From the NCBI GenBank assembly GCA_036340075.1, contig JAYYZJ010000005.1:1-64000 (forward strand): a stretch of 64,000 bases of DNA, read 5' to 3'. This DNA comes from Thermodesulfobacteriota bacterium (lineage in GTDB: Bacteria > Desulfobacterota_D > UBA1144). Under the pieces are notes generated by a model, which did not search any database, was not told the DNA's origin, and worked only from the letters and a program-made list of their open reading frames with translations. The translations under genes were made by a program, and so were the position numbers. Positions 42,366 to 53,012 of the stretch are shown here, piece after piece (positions within the stretch are counted from its first letter, which is position 1; every line of letters begins with the position of its first letter).

Positions 42366-44433
42366 GTGCTTCTTTTCTGCTTAATCTTATCTTCCCATCT
42401 CTTTCTTTGGATAAGCACTTTACTAGCACTTCATCTCCTTCTTTAAGAACATCGGAAACTGTTTTTACCCTTTCTTTTGCAAGTTCTGAAATGTGAATTA
42501 GACCATCAAGAGTTGGACTTAGTCCAACTATTGCTCCAAAGTCTAATATTCTTTTAACTTTTCCTATGTAATACTCTCCAGCATCAATATCTCTAACTAT
42601 GTAAGATATATCTTTTAGAGCTGATTTTGCATCTGACTCATTAACTGCTATCACATTAACCTGGCCTGAATCATCTATATCAATCTTTACATTATTGTCT
42701 TCTGTAAGTTTTTTTATGTTCTTTCCGCCGGAACCAATAATATCCTTAATTTTGCCTGGATCAACATGAATTGTTGTTATCCTAGGTGCATAAGGTGAGA
42801 TATTTTCTTTTTTGTCACTTATTGTTTTTGCCATTTCCGATAAAATATGTAGTCTTCCTTGCTTTGCTTGCTCAAGAGCCTCTTGTAGTAATTCTTTACT
42901 AATTCCTTGGATTTTGATATCCATTTGCAAAGCAGTAATTCCTTCTGATGTTCCACATACTTTAAAGTCCATGTCGCCAAGATGATCTTCGTCTCCTAAA
43001 ATATCTGAAAGAATTAAATGATTTGCATCTTCTTTGATAAGACCCATTGCTATACCAGCAACGGGAGCTTTTACCGGGACACCTGCGTCCATCAAGGATA
43101 AAGAAGATCCACAAACAGTAGCCATTGATGAAGAACCATTGGATTCTAATATATCTGAAACTAGTCTTACAGTATATGGAAATTCTTCCGAACTAGGCAT
43201 AACTCCCATTACAGCTCTTCTAGCTAACTCCCCATGACCTATTTCTCTTCTCCCAGTTCCTAGCCTATTTGAGACCTCGCCAACACTAAAAGGTGGAAAA
43301 TTGTAATGTAGCATAAAGGTTCTTCTTTCTTCGCCTTGTAAAGTATCAAGTCGTTGTTGATCATCTTTTGAACCAAGCGTACATGCTACCAATGCTTGAG
43401 TTTCCCCCCTGGTAAAAACTGCGGATCCATGTGCTCTATGAAGAACGCTAATTTCAGTTGATATATCTCTAATATCTGTAAAAGATCTGCCATCAATTCT
43501 AATTTTTTCACTTACCATCATATCCCTAACTGCAGTTTTTTTATAATTATCAAATATATTTTTAAATTCTTTTTCATTAAAATTTTCGTCTTCTGAAATT
43601 TTATTTAAGGTGTTGGTATATAAATTCGAAATAGAAGTATTTCGATCTTGCTTTGATTTGATTCTAATAGAGTTTTGCATCTCTTCTGCAATTAATCCTT
43701 CTACTTTTTCAACAACTTGAGGGTTTAAATCCTTTTCAGGGACAACTCTTTTTTCTACACTATCAGAAATTAACTTAATTTGAAGATCGATTATTTCTTT
43801 AATATGAGAATGTCCGAACATTAAGGCATCTATAATCTCATCTTCTGGCACAGTATCTGCTTCTCCTTCGACCATAAGTATCGCATCCTTACTGCCGGCT
43901 ATTATAAAATTTAAATCTGATTCCTGTATCTGTTCATAAGTAGGATTACAAATAAGTTCATTATTTACTCTTGCTACTCTTACTCCACCTAATGGTCCAT
44001 CAAAAGGTATATTGGAAACTGTTAATGCAGCAGATGCTGCTGTTATAGCAAGTACATCTGGTGGATTCTCAGAATCAGCTGAATAAACTGAAATAATGAC
44101 CTGTGTTGGATAATTATAATTCTTTGGGAACATAGGTCTTAATGGCCTATCAATTAATCGAGAAATCAATGTTTCGAATTCAGTGGGTCTTCCTTCTCTC
44201 TTAAAATATCCTCCTGGTATTCTTCCAGAAGAAAAAGCTTTCTCTTGGTAGTTTACAGTTAGTGGTAAAAAATTGTCGTCTACTGGCTCCGAAGAACTTA
44301 CAACTGTAGCAAGAACTTGTGTCTCTCCAATTTGAGCAAGAACAGAACCATCTGCTTGTTTCGCTAACTTTCCTGTTTCTAAAGTATAAGTCTTGTTAGC
44401 TATTACTTCATTTATGTTTTTATATGAACTCAT
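42334..44433 (-). CDS. pnp: Polyribonucleotide nucleotidyltransferase
   Basis: RLIDRPLRP, FTRGETQ, RREIGHG, ESNGSSSMA and DHLGDMDFKV. KH and S1 domains present. Confidence 0.99.
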   Translation of the reverse strand: MSSYKNINEVIANKTYTLETGKLAKQADGSVLAQIGETQVLATVVSSSEPVDDNFLPLTVNYQEKAFSSGRIPGGYFKREGRPTEFETLISRLIDRPLRPMFPKNYNYPTQVIISVYSADSENPPDVLAITAASAALTVSNIPFDGPLGGVRVARVNNELICNPTYEQIQESDLNFIIAGSKDAILMVEGEADTVPEDEIIDALMFGHSHIKEIIDLQIKLISDSVEKRVVPEKDLNPQVVEKVEGLIAEEMQNSIRIKSKQDRNTSISNLYTNTLNKISEDENFNEKEFKNIFDNYKKTAVRDMMVSEKIRIDGRSFTDIRDISTEISVLHRAHGSAVFTRGETQALVACTLGSKDDQQRLDTLQGEERRTFMLHYNFPPFSVGEVSNRLGTGRREIGHGELARRAVMGVMPSSEEFPYTVRLVSDILESNGSSSMATVCGSSLSLMDAGVPVKAPVAGIAMGLIKEDANHLILSDILGDEDHLGDMDFKVCGTSEGITALQMDIKIQGISKELLQEALEQAKQGRLHILSEMAKTISDKKENISPYAPRITTIHVDPGKIKDIIGSGGKNIKKLTEDNNVKIDIDDSGQVNVIAVNESDAKSALKDISYIVRDIDAGEYYIGKVKRILDFGAIVGLSPTLDGLIHISELAKERVKTVSDVLKEGDEVLVKCLSKERDGKIRLSRKEALDKNIEDFRE

Positions 44434-44438
44434 CGAAA

Positions 44439-44699
44439 CTATTTTCTCAAGCCATGCTTAGAAAGAATCTCGACATACTGATTATTGTCTTTTCTTTTTA
44501 TGTATTTTAACAATTTCCTTCTTCTTTCGATCGCCAACAACAAACCTCTTCGTGAGGATGTGTCTTTTTTAAAAGTCTGGACATGCTTAGTGAGTAATTC
44601 TATTTTTTTTGACAAAATGGCAATTTGAACCTTAGTTGAACCAACATCTTTTTCAGTGGATCCAAATTCACTAATTATTTCCTTCTTATTTAAACTCAA
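44439..44699 (-). CDS. rpsO: 30S ribosomal protein S15
   Basis: DVGSTKVQIA, KKDTSSRRGLL and RRKLLKY. TTG start with a GAGG SD 7 nt upstream. Confidence 0.97.
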   Translation of the reverse strand: MSLNKKEIISEFGSTEKDVGSTKVQIAILSKKIELLTKHVQTFKKDTSSRRGLLLAIERRRKLLKYIKRKDNNQYVEILSKHGLRK

Positions 44700-44753
44700 T
44701 CATAAACCTCTCTATTTTTAATAGCTTAATAATTAATCAATTATCTTTAAAAA

Positions 44754-45674
44754 TCAAGTACGATTCTCTTTTTGTAAAAACAGTTTCATTTTTGAAGATA
44801 CATACCTGCCTTCTTTATCAAATTCATTGTTAATTAAACCTACCGGGTATTGGTTAATAGTAAGCACCTTATTTAGGTCTTTTTTTGACTTTATGCTCAA
44901 TTTGTTAGATAAATTTATCAAGAAGTCTTTATCGATTTTCTTATGATTATTATGTTGTTTTAATCTTTCTAATAATTGAGAATTTATTTCAACTGTACTA
45001 AATATTTTATCAATATTAAAAAAATTAGCACAATTGTCTTTCATTAATGAGAAATAATTATTTGAATCATCAAGTTCGAATATACCGGTTGACAATCTTC
45101 TTAAATTAGCAACGGTGGCACCTAAATCTAATCTATATCCTATATCTCTAATCAGTGCTCTAATATATGTTCCTTTTGAACAATCGACTTTTAGTTCAAA
45201 ACTATATTTTTTAATATTTAAAATAGTAATGTCATATATAGTAGATGCTCTTTCAGGTAATTTTATTTCTCTACCACTCCTTGCATACTTATATGAAGGT
45301 GTTCCTTTTACTTTAATTGCTGAATAGCTAGGTGGAACATATAAATACTCTCCTAGAAAAGAAGCTACTGTATTTTGTAGTTGCTTTGTTTTAAGGGCTC
45401 TTACTTTGTTTGTCTTTATAATTTTTCCTGAAATGTCTAAAGTTTCTGTTTCTATACCAATAATTGCTTTAACTCTGTATGTTTTTCTATCTTCATCTAT
45501 GAATGGTATCAGCTTTGTAAGATTTCCTAAAAAAATTGGTACTACTCCTGTTGCAAGAGGATCGAGTGTGCCAGTATAGCCAGCTTTTTCAGCTCCAAAG
45601 TGTTTTTTAATCTTATTGGTTATATGAGATGTTGTCATCCCATAGGGTTTATCAATTAATAAAATTTTATCCAT
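44754..45674 (-). CDS. truB: tRNA pseudouridine(55) synthase
   Basis: DKPYG, GTLDPLATG, PPSYSAIK and CSKGTYIR. Confidence 0.95.
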   Translation of the reverse strand: MDKILLIDKPYGMTTSHITNKIKKHFGAEKAGYTGTLDPLATGVVPIFLGNLTKLIPFIDEDRKTYRVKAIIGIETETLDISGKIIKTNKVRALKTKQLQNTVASFLGEYLYVPPSYSAIKVKGTPSYKYARSGREIKLPERASTIYDITILNIKKYSFELKVDCSKGTYIRALIRDIGYRLDLGATVANLRRLSTGIFELDDSNNYFSLMKDNCANFFNIDKIFSTVEINSQLLERLKQHNNHKKIDKDFLINLSNKLSIKSKKDLNKVLTINQYPVGLINNEFDKEGRYVSSKMKLFLQKENRT

Positions 45675-46686
45675 TTTTTAATTCATTAACAATTTTTTCC
45701 GTTAAAGCTTCTAGTTTTCCATTAAATGTAAAACCGGAGGCATTTTTGTGTCCGCCTCCTTCAAACTTTTGTGCAAAATCTGATAAATCTTTAAATCCAT
45801 TGGCTCGTAAACTAATTTTCCATTTATCATTATCAATCTCTCTTATGAATATCCCTATCTCTACATCTGAATAATTTAGTAGTGAATTTGCTATACCCTC
45901 AGAATCCTCTTTTGAAGTTGAGGTCTTATCATAAAAAGATCTGGTGCAATAACAAATTGCGGTTTTAAGTTGCTTATGAAATTCAAGAGTAGAATATATA
46001 GAAGATTTTAGCTCTAATCTTTTTATTTCGCCACTGTCATATACGTTATTGTTTATTAATTCTAAATCTCCTCCTCCGGATAATAATTTGGTGCAAACAT
46101 CAAAAGTTTCTACGTTAACATTAGAATTTCTAAATGATGAAGTATCAGTAATTATAGTTGCAAGAAGGGAAGTTGAAATTCTTGAATCAATAGCAACTTT
46201 AATTTCTTTTTGAAATTCCATAATTAATCTATGTACTAAAATACCAGTAGAAGATGCTTCGGAATCTATATATGTGCCTTGCGCATTATATATTTTATTG
46301 TTTTCATGGTGATCAATTACAATAATTGATAAGTCTTTATCCTTCATCTTAGAGTTAATATAAGTTTCCATTTCTTTTCCTGTTCGTTCTAAATCATTCA
46401 AATCTAAAAGAATAATTAAATCTAAATCCTTAGGGAGATTTTCAATAGAATTGTAAAATGGGATTTCTTCCGATTTTAGAAAAGATAAATAATGAGGGAT
46501 ATCATCTCGATTATATATACAACAAGCCTTAGATAAAATATATTTTAAGAAATAATACAACCCAAAAGAAGACCCTATAGCGTCACCATCGGGATTATAA
46601 TGAGATACTATTAATATCTTTTTATTCGAATCAATTATTTGTTTAATATCAAAAAGGTTAGATTTTTCAAAACTTCGAGAGTCCAT
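45667..46686 (-). CDS. nrnA: DHH/DHHA1 phosphoesterase (NrnA-like oligoribonuclease)
   Basis: HYNPDGDAIGS, IDHH, TDT and GGGHKNASG. Confidence 0.88.
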   Translation of the reverse strand: MDSRSFEKSNLFDIKQIIDSNKKILIVSHYNPDGDAIGSSFGLYYFLKYILSKACCIYNRDDIPHYLSFLKSEEIPFYNSIENLPKDLDLIILLDLNDLERTGKEMETYINSKMKDKDLSIIVIDHHENNKIYNAQGTYIDSEASSTGILVHRLIMEFQKEIKVAIDSRISTSLLATIITDTSSFRNSNVNVETFDVCTKLLSGGGDLELINNNVYDSGEIKRLELKSSIYSTLEFHKQLKTAICYCTRSFYDKTSTSKEDSEGIANSLLNYSDVEIGIFIREIDNDKWKISLRANGFKDLSDFAQKFEGGGHKNASGFTFNGKLEALTEKIVNELKNG

Positions 46687-46694
46687 CTTCTTTA

Positions 46695-49247
46695 CTAGAT
46701 AGTTTGATTTATTTTATCAAAAGTATAAATTTCTATTGTATCTCCTTGTTTAATATCTTCTGTATTTTCAAACCCTATCCCACATTCAAATCCACTTGAA
46801 ACTTCTTTGACATCATCTTTGAATCTTTTTAATGATGTTATAGTAGTTTCAAAAACTATCTCCTCTTCCCTCTTTATTCTTATATTGTGTCCTCTTACAG
46901 CCTTACCGTCATTGACGAAACACCCGGCAATCTTTCCTTGTTTAGAAAGATTAAAGACTTCCCTAATCTCTGCATATCCAGTAATTTTTTCTTCTAGAAT
47001 TGGGTCAAGTAGACCTTCGAGTAATTCTTTTATCCTATCAAGGATTTCGTAAATTATTTTATATGTTTCACATCTAACTGATGATTTGTCTAATAATGCT
47101 TGAACTTTACTTTCCACTTTAGTTGAAAAACCAAGAATTATTGCTTGTGTAGATTCTGCTAGCATGAAATCAGATTCATTTATATTGCCGACTCCAGAAT
47201 GAACAATTTTTGCCTTACATCGATCTGATTCAAAATTAATTAGCGCAGATACTAGCGCATCAAGAGAACCCTGAGTATCAGATTTAACTACAACAGGTAG
47301 TTCTTTAATTTGATTAAGCTGTAAATCTGTATCGATAAAATCTAATCCAACAGTATGAGGTTTGTAGGATTTTTCTTCTTCAATTGCTGACAATCTATTT
47401 CTAATGACATCTTTAGCAACTTTATCATTCTTGACTATATTATATTGTAAGCCAGCTTCAGGAACACCATCTAATCCAAGTATTTCAACAGGATATGACG
47501 GACCAGATGATTTTAGTTGTTTTCCTTTGTCGTCAATTAAAGCGCGAATTTTTCCTGAATTCGTACCACAAAGAATTATGTCTCCTTTTTTAATTTCTCC
47601 TTCTTTGGGAATTAAAGTTGCAACTACTCCTCTACCTTTATCTAAGTAAGATTCTAGTATATAGCCTGAAGAAGGTACGATGGAATTCGCTTTTAATTCC
47701 ATAACATCGGCTTGTAGAACTATAATTTCTAACAAATCATTAATTCCTTTTCCATTAAGTGCCGATACTGGAACAAAAGGTACGTCACCACCCCAATCTT
47801 CTGGAGTAAGTCCTTGTTCAGACAATTGGCTCTTGATAGACTCAACATTTGAATCTTCTTTGTCAATTTTGTTAACAGCAACAATAATAGGAACACTTGC
47901 GGATTTTGCATGACTTATAGCTTCTATTGTTTGTGGCATAACCCCATCATCGGCCGCAACAACTAATATGATGATGTCAGTCAAACTTGCTCCACGAGAT
48001 CTCATTGCGGAAAAAGCAGCATGACCAGGAGTATCTATAAAGACTAAATCTTTACCATTAACATCTACGCTGTATCCTCCAATTGATTGTGTTATTCCAC
48101 CGTGTTCTTTATCAGCAACCTTAGACTTTCTTATATAATCAAGCAAGGAAGTCTTTCCATGATCGACATGACCCATAACTGTTATAATTGGTGGTATAGA
48201 TCTTATATCAGAGTCTTTACGGACAAAACCTTGCTCTAGAACTGTCTTTTCATTATACGAATCAACTTCTACATCATAATTAAATTCTGAAGCAATAATA
48301 GTCGCCTCATCTGAATCAATTTCATCTTTAGCAGTTAATTTTAAGCCCAGCTCTGATGCCTTGTTGATAACTTGATTAATTTTTAATTTTAATTTGCTTG
48401 CCAAAAGAGTGATAATAATTTTTTCTTGTATTTTAATTTTATTAATTTTAACTTTAGCTTTTGTATCTTTATCTTTTTCGATATCATTGCCTATTTCTTC
48501 TGTTGCTGCAGAATCTTTTTGATTCTTAGCTTTCTTTGCAAAATTATTTGATATTAAATATTCTTTTCTGCCTCCAGGAAGTTTTGCTCTTACTGCTTTT
48601 CTTAACACATCCATTGCATCTTCATCGATAATCTCTTCTTTGGATGGCTTAATTTGAACTTTCTTCTTCTCTACTGGTTTGCTTTTTTTAGTTTCTCTTT
48701 TCTTTTCTGCAACTGCTTCAGGAGGGAATTTTGGTTTTGGTTTTGCTTCTACCTCATTCTTTTTAAAAGGCTTATTAGTTTTTTCAGTTTTTTGTTTTCC
48801 TTGAGAAGGTGAATCCTTTTCTTTTGCTGGATCATAAACTCTTTTGCTCTCTCGCGAACTTGGTTTAACAGATTTTTGATTTTGCTTGGCTTGTGATTGA
48901 TTTGTCCTTTCTTTAGCTTTATTTTGATCTAAATCTTTTTCTTCGGAAGATACCACTTTTTCTATTTCTTGTTCTGGCTCTTTCTCTTTATCTTTAACAA
49001 TTGGTGCTTTCTTTCTTCTTATAGTTACTTTTGCACCTGTTCTCTTAACTATATCTCTTGGGGATTTCTGCGTTTTAATGTTTGTAGCATCTGGAAAGAA
49101 AGAATTCTTAATTCTTAAAACATCTTCATCTGTTACAGAGCTTGCTGAACTTCTCGCAACAATTGACAACTCTTTGCATTTAGACAGTAAATCTTTAATT
49201 TCTACTGAAATTTCTAAAGCTAAATCTTTTAATTTGGTTTTTCCCAT
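46695..49247 (-). CDS. infB: Translation initiation factor IF-2
   Basis: MGHVDHGKT, DTPGH, NKID and SLKRFKDDVKEV. Confidence 0.99.
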   Translation of the reverse strand: MGKTKLKDLALEISVEIKDLLSKCKELSIVARSSASSVTDEDVLRIKNSFFPDATNIKTQKSPRDIVKRTGAKVTIRRKKAPIVKDKEKEPEQEIEKVVSSEEKDLDQNKAKERTNQSQAKQNQKSVKPSSRESKRVYDPAKEKDSPSQGKQKTEKTNKPFKKNEVEAKPKPKFPPEAVAEKKRETKKSKPVEKKKVQIKPSKEEIIDEDAMDVLRKAVRAKLPGGRKEYLISNNFAKKAKNQKDSAATEEIGNDIEKDKDTKAKVKINKIKIQEKIIITLLASKLKLKINQVINKASELGLKLTAKDEIDSDEATIIASEFNYDVEVDSYNEKTVLEQGFVRKDSDIRSIPPIITVMGHVDHGKTSLLDYIRKSKVADKEHGGITQSIGGYSVDVNGKDLVFIDTPGHAAFSAMRSRGASLTDIIILVVAADDGVMPQTIEAISHAKSASVPIIVAVNKIDKEDSNVESIKSQLSEQGLTPEDWGGDVPFVPVSALNGKGINDLLEIIVLQADVMELKANSIVPSSGYILESYLDKGRGVVATLIPKEGEIKKGDIILCGTNSGKIRALIDDKGKQLKSSGPSYPVEILGLDGVPEAGLQYNIVKNDKVAKDVIRNRLSAIEEEKSYKPHTVGLDFIDTDLQLNQIKELPVVVKSDTQGSLDALVSALINFESDRCKAKIVHSGVGNINESDFMLAESTQAIILGFSTKVESKVQALLDKSSVRCETYKIIYEILDRIKELLEGLLDPILEEKITGYAEIREVFNLSKQGKIAGCFVNDGKAVRGHNIRIKREEEIVFETTITSLKRFKDDVKEVSSGFECGIGFENTEDIKQGDTIEIYTFDKINQTI

Positions 49248-49265
49248 ATTTCTTTAATTTACCCT

Positions 49266-50591
49266 TTATTTTTCCTTATTTTCTTCTAAAGAATCTTCTT
49301 CGCTCTCCTCTTCTTCAGATTCTTCGTCAACATTTATATTTCTTAATTTTTCTTGCAATGCAGTTCTTGCTGCTAATTGTATTTTTTCTACATCTTCGTC
49401 ACTAGATATTCCTGATGATTTTTTTACATCTTCAGCGTCTCCAAATGCTATATCCTCCAATGTATGAAAACCTCCAGCAAATAATAAATTAGCATTGACC
49501 TCGGATATGTTGGGAAGAGTTAGTAGTAATTTAACTACACTTTCTTGTTCTTCCTTAAGCTGTTCGTCGGTTTTGACTGTAATTTCCCATTCTATTAATT
49601 CGGAAGCCAATCTTACATTCTGTCCCTTCCTTCCTATTGTTAATGAAAACTGATCCTTGTCTACTATGACTTCCATTATTTTTGAACCTTCATCAAGGAT
49701 TACTTTTGTTACTTGAGCAGGAGATAAAGCATTACAGGCAAATTTGGCTATATCCGCAGACCATGGAACTATGTCTATCTTTTCTCCCTTAAGTTCTTGT
49801 ATTATGTTTTGAACTCTTGATCCTCTCATTCCTACACATGCTCCTACTGGATCAATGTCGGAGTCTGATGAAGATACCGCTATTTTTGTTCTTCCTCCGG
49901 GATCTCTAGAAATGCCCATAATTTGAACAATACCCTCATTTATTTCTGGGACTTCAGACCTAAATAAAGATTCTACAAAATCTTTATGAGCTCTTGAAAT
50001 TACTAGCTGGGTTCCCCTTTTGTCTTCTTCAATCTTGAGCAACACTGCTCTTAATCTGTCTTTTGGTTGAAAATATTCTCTAGGAACTTGTTCATCATAG
50101 GGAATAATGGCTTCTGTCCTTCCTATATCTACAACAATCGTGCCTCTCGAGATCCTTCTAACGATTCCATTAATCAATTCGCCTTGTCTGGTTCTAAATT
50201 CCTCATAAATAACTTTCGCTTCAGCTTCTTTTAGCTTCTGAATAATTTTTTGTCTGGCATTTTGAATAGCTATCCTCGTATAATCAGGACTTAATTTTAC
50301 TCCTATCTCTTCATCAATCTGAACCTCTGGATCAAATTTTCTTGCTTCTTCCAGTGAAATTTCCATGTCTTCGTCAAAAACATCGTCAACTACTTTTTTA
50401 AATTCAAAAAGTTCTAACTCGTTATATTCGTTAAATTGACATTCTAAATCCTTGTAAAGAGGATCTGTCTTTAATAATTTATGTGCAGCCGAGACTACTG
50501 ATTCGTTAACCGCTTCAAGAATGATTTCCTTATCTATTCCTTTATCTTTTGATACTGACTCTATTACTCTTGCTAATTCATCTAAACTCAT
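49266..50591 (-). CDS. nusA: Transcription termination/antitermination factor NusA
   Basis: S1 and KH domains (DPVGACVGMRGSRV, IGRKGQNVRLA) and an acidic tail. Confidence 0.98.
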   Translation of the reverse strand: MSLDELARVIESVSKDKGIDKEIILEAVNESVVSAAHKLLKTDPLYKDLECQFNEYNELELFEFKKVVDDVFDEDMEISLEEARKFDPEVQIDEEIGVKLSPDYTRIAIQNARQKIIQKLKEAEAKVIYEEFRTRQGELINGIVRRISRGTIVVDIGRTEAIIPYDEQVPREYFQPKDRLRAVLLKIEEDKRGTQLVISRAHKDFVESLFRSEVPEINEGIVQIMGISRDPGGRTKIAVSSSDSDIDPVGACVGMRGSRVQNIIQELKGEKIDIVPWSADIAKFACNALSPAQVTKVILDEGSKIMEVIVDKDQFSLTIGRKGQNVRLASELIEWEITVKTDEQLKEEQESVVKLLLTLPNISEVNANLLFAGGFHTLEDIAFGDAEDVKKSSGISSDEDVEKIQLAARTALQEKLRNINVDEESEEEESEEDSLEENKEK

Positions 50592-50869
50592 CTACTCTCT
50601 CCTTCTTCTAATAATCTATTTGTTCCTGGAGAAGAAACTTCTAATATATAAGAAGATTCAAATAAATCGTCAAAACCGTCAATATTATTTATTACATTAT
50701 TAAATTTTACACAGTCATCAATATTCACTCCTTGATCTTTATCGATATAAACTATCAATTTTAAAGAAGAAGAACTTTTTGTAAGTTCAATATCAACTAA
50801 TCTGTATTCAGTGGTTTTGCACTGCCTTTCTAATATATCTAGCACCTTTGTTTTTAAATCCTCTGTCAT
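50588..50869 (-). CDS. rimP: Ribosome maturation factor RimP, N-terminal domain only
   Basis: L.VYID...GVNIDDC and YILEVSSPG. First gene of the nusA operon. Only 93 aa. Confidence 0.88.
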   Translation of the reverse strand: MTEDLKTKVLDILERQCKTTEYRLVDIELTKSSSSLKLIVYIDKDQGVNIDDCVKFNNVINNIDGFDDLFESSYILEVSSPGTNRLLEEGESR

Positions 50870-50882
50870 TTCTTACCCTAAT

Positions 50883-50912
50883 AAAAAAAGAAGCGGGGCA
50901 TGCCCCGCTTCT
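50883..50912 (-). terminator. Intrinsic terminator or attenuator between uvrB and rimP
   Basis: Perfect 24 bp palindrome AGAAGCGGGGCATGCCCCGCTTCT (50889-50912) running into a T7 tract on the minus strand. Confidence 0.88.
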
Positions 50913-50946
50913 CTAAATTTAAATTTATTTTAACATTTCGTTTGGA

Positions 50947-52947
50947 CTATTCAATTGTATCAACAAATGAGAGCTCTATCTTCCTTAATTCCTTAATTCT
51001 ATCTCGCAATTTCGCTGCTTCTTCGAATCGTAGATTCTCTGATAGTACTTTCATTTCTTTCATTAATTTAGATATTTCCTTTCCTATTTTATGAGGTGGT
51101 ATGGTTATATTTTGTTGAAATTGCTTATCATGATAGTCAATTTCATATATTTGCGAAAGATTCGAATTAATGTCTTTATTGATGGATTTTGGGATAATAT
51201 TATTTTTTTCATTATAATCTAGTTGCATTCTTCTTCTCCTATTGGATTCGTCAATAGCTGAACTCATAGATTTAGTAATTTCTTCTGCATACATAATAAC
51301 TTTTCCATTAATATTTCTTGCTGCTCGACCAAATATTTGAATCAAAGAAGTTGATGACCTAAGATATCCTTCTTTGTCTGCATCAAGAATTGCAACGAGA
51401 GAAACCTCAGGTAAATCCAATCCTTCCCTAAGCAAATTTATCCCAACTAATACATCAAATTTATCACCTCTAAAATTTTTAATAATTTTAATTCTTTCTA
51501 GAGTTTTAATATCTGAATGCATATATTCTGTCCTTAATCCTTTATCTTTAAAATATGCTGTAAGCTCTTCCGCCATTTTTTTAGTCAAAGTAGTAACTAA
51601 TATTTTTTCTTCATTCTTTATTGTTTTGTTTATTTCATCAACTAAATTATCAACTTGATTTTTTGCTGATCGTACTTCTATCTCTGGATCAACTAATCCA
51701 GTAGGTCTAATTATTTGTTCTATTACATTTTTTGAAGACCTACTAGTCTCATATTTAGCAGGGGTAGCGGATACGTAAATTATTTGATTAATTTTTTTTT
51801 CGAATTCTTTAATATTCAAAGGTCTATTGTCTAATGCCGATGGTAGTCTAAATCCATGTTCAACAAGTGTTTGTTTTCTGCTTCTATCTCCTTCATACAT
51901 ACCTCTTATTTGCGGAACTGTTTGATGGCTTTCGTCAACTATCATAAGAAAATCATCAGGGAAATAATCTAGTAGTGTAAACGGTGGCTCGCCCTCTTTC
52001 CTTTGATCTAAATGTCTTGAATAGTTTTCTATTCCTGGACAAAACCCCATTATTTCCATTAATTCTATATCTTTCAGAGTCCTTTCCTCTATTCTTTTCA
52101 TTTCTTCTAATTTTCCATTTTTTTTAAAAAATCTTTTTTGTTTTTCTAGTTCTTTATTGATTGATTCAATAGCTTTTTCAGTTGTAAGTTTTTCTACAAC
52201 ATAGTGAGAACCCGGGAAAATAATCACCGAATCTATTTCTTTTATCATTTCTGATGTGTATGAATCAATCTCGTAAATTTTTGAGATAGTATCTCCATCA
52301 AATATGATTTTAAGTGCTTTATCATCTAAGTTGGCTGGTACAATGTCTACGTTATTCCCTATGGCTCTAAAGGTTCCTCGATTTAACTCGACTCTCGATC
52401 TAGCGTATTGAACTTCAGTTAATTTTTTTAATAAATCATCTCTTGAAATTTTCATTCCGACTTTGACTTTAGTAATCATTTCGTAATAATCCTTTGGCTT
52501 CCCAATTCCAAAAATACATGAAACACTTGAAACTATAATTACATCCCGTCTGTCAAAAAGTGAGCTTGTAGATGCATGCCTAAGCTGATCAATCTGTTCG
52601 TTAATCTTTGAATCTTTAGCTATATATGTATTGGTAGAAGGCACATATGCTTCAGGCTGGTAGTAATCATAATAGCTAACAAAATAATGAACTGCATTAT
52701 TAGGAAAAATTGTTTTGAATTCCTCAAAAAGTTGTGCAGCAAGCGTCTTGTTGTGAGCCATAATAAGAGTTGGTTTTTTTACTCTTTCTATTACATTAGC
52801 AATCGTAAATGTTTTTCCACTTCCAGTTACGCCTAATAATGTTTGTTCTTTGTTTCCGGAGAGTATATTGTCAGAAAGTTCAGTAATTGCATATGGTTGG
52901 TCCCCCTGTGGCTTATAATCTACATTAATCTTAAAAAGCGAAGACAT
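50947..52947 (-). CDS. uvrB: Excinuclease ABC subunit B
   Basis: GVTGSGKT, YYDYYQPEAY, DESH, GFRLPSALDNRPL and a C-terminal UVR domain. Confidence 0.99.
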   Translation of the reverse strand: MSSLFKINVDYKPQGDQPYAITELSDNILSGNKEQTLLGVTGSGKTFTIANVIERVKKPTLIMAHNKTLAAQLFEEFKTIFPNNAVHYFVSYYDYYQPEAYVPSTNTYIAKDSKINEQIDQLRHASTSSLFDRRDVIIVSSVSCIFGIGKPKDYYEMITKVKVGMKISRDDLLKKLTEVQYARSRVELNRGTFRAIGNNVDIVPANLDDKALKIIFDGDTISKIYEIDSYTSEMIKEIDSVIIFPGSHYVVEKLTTEKAIESINKELEKQKRFFKKNGKLEEMKRIEERTLKDIELMEIMGFCPGIENYSRHLDQRKEGEPPFTLLDYFPDDFLMIVDESHQTVPQIRGMYEGDRSRKQTLVEHGFRLPSALDNRPLNIKEFEKKINQIIYVSATPAKYETSRSSKNVIEQIIRPTGLVDPEIEVRSAKNQVDNLVDEINKTIKNEEKILVTTLTKKMAEELTAYFKDKGLRTEYMHSDIKTLERIKIIKNFRGDKFDVLVGINLLREGLDLPEVSLVAILDADKEGYLRSSTSLIQIFGRAARNINGKVIMYAEEITKSMSSAIDESNRRRRMQLDYNEKNNIIPKSINKDINSNLSQIYEIDYHDKQFQQNITIPPHKIGKEISKLMKEMKVLSENLRFEEAAKLRDRIKELRKIELSFVDTIE

Positions 52948-53012
52948 ACTGTTATTTTAACGGATAATTACTGAATTGACTTTTTAAGTCCTTTTTGGTT
53001 TTCTTTCATATT

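Noticed and set aside
44686..44703. Out-of-frame mini-ORF (MIEFK) starting 4 nt upstream of the rpsO TTG
   Set aside because: The SD is only 3 nt from that ATG but 7 nt from the TTG. Such short ORFs are common by chance.
50588..50869. rimP as a frameshifted pseudogene
   Set aside because: There is no room for a downstream remnant, and the stop is coupled to nusA by an ATGA overlap with an embedded SD.
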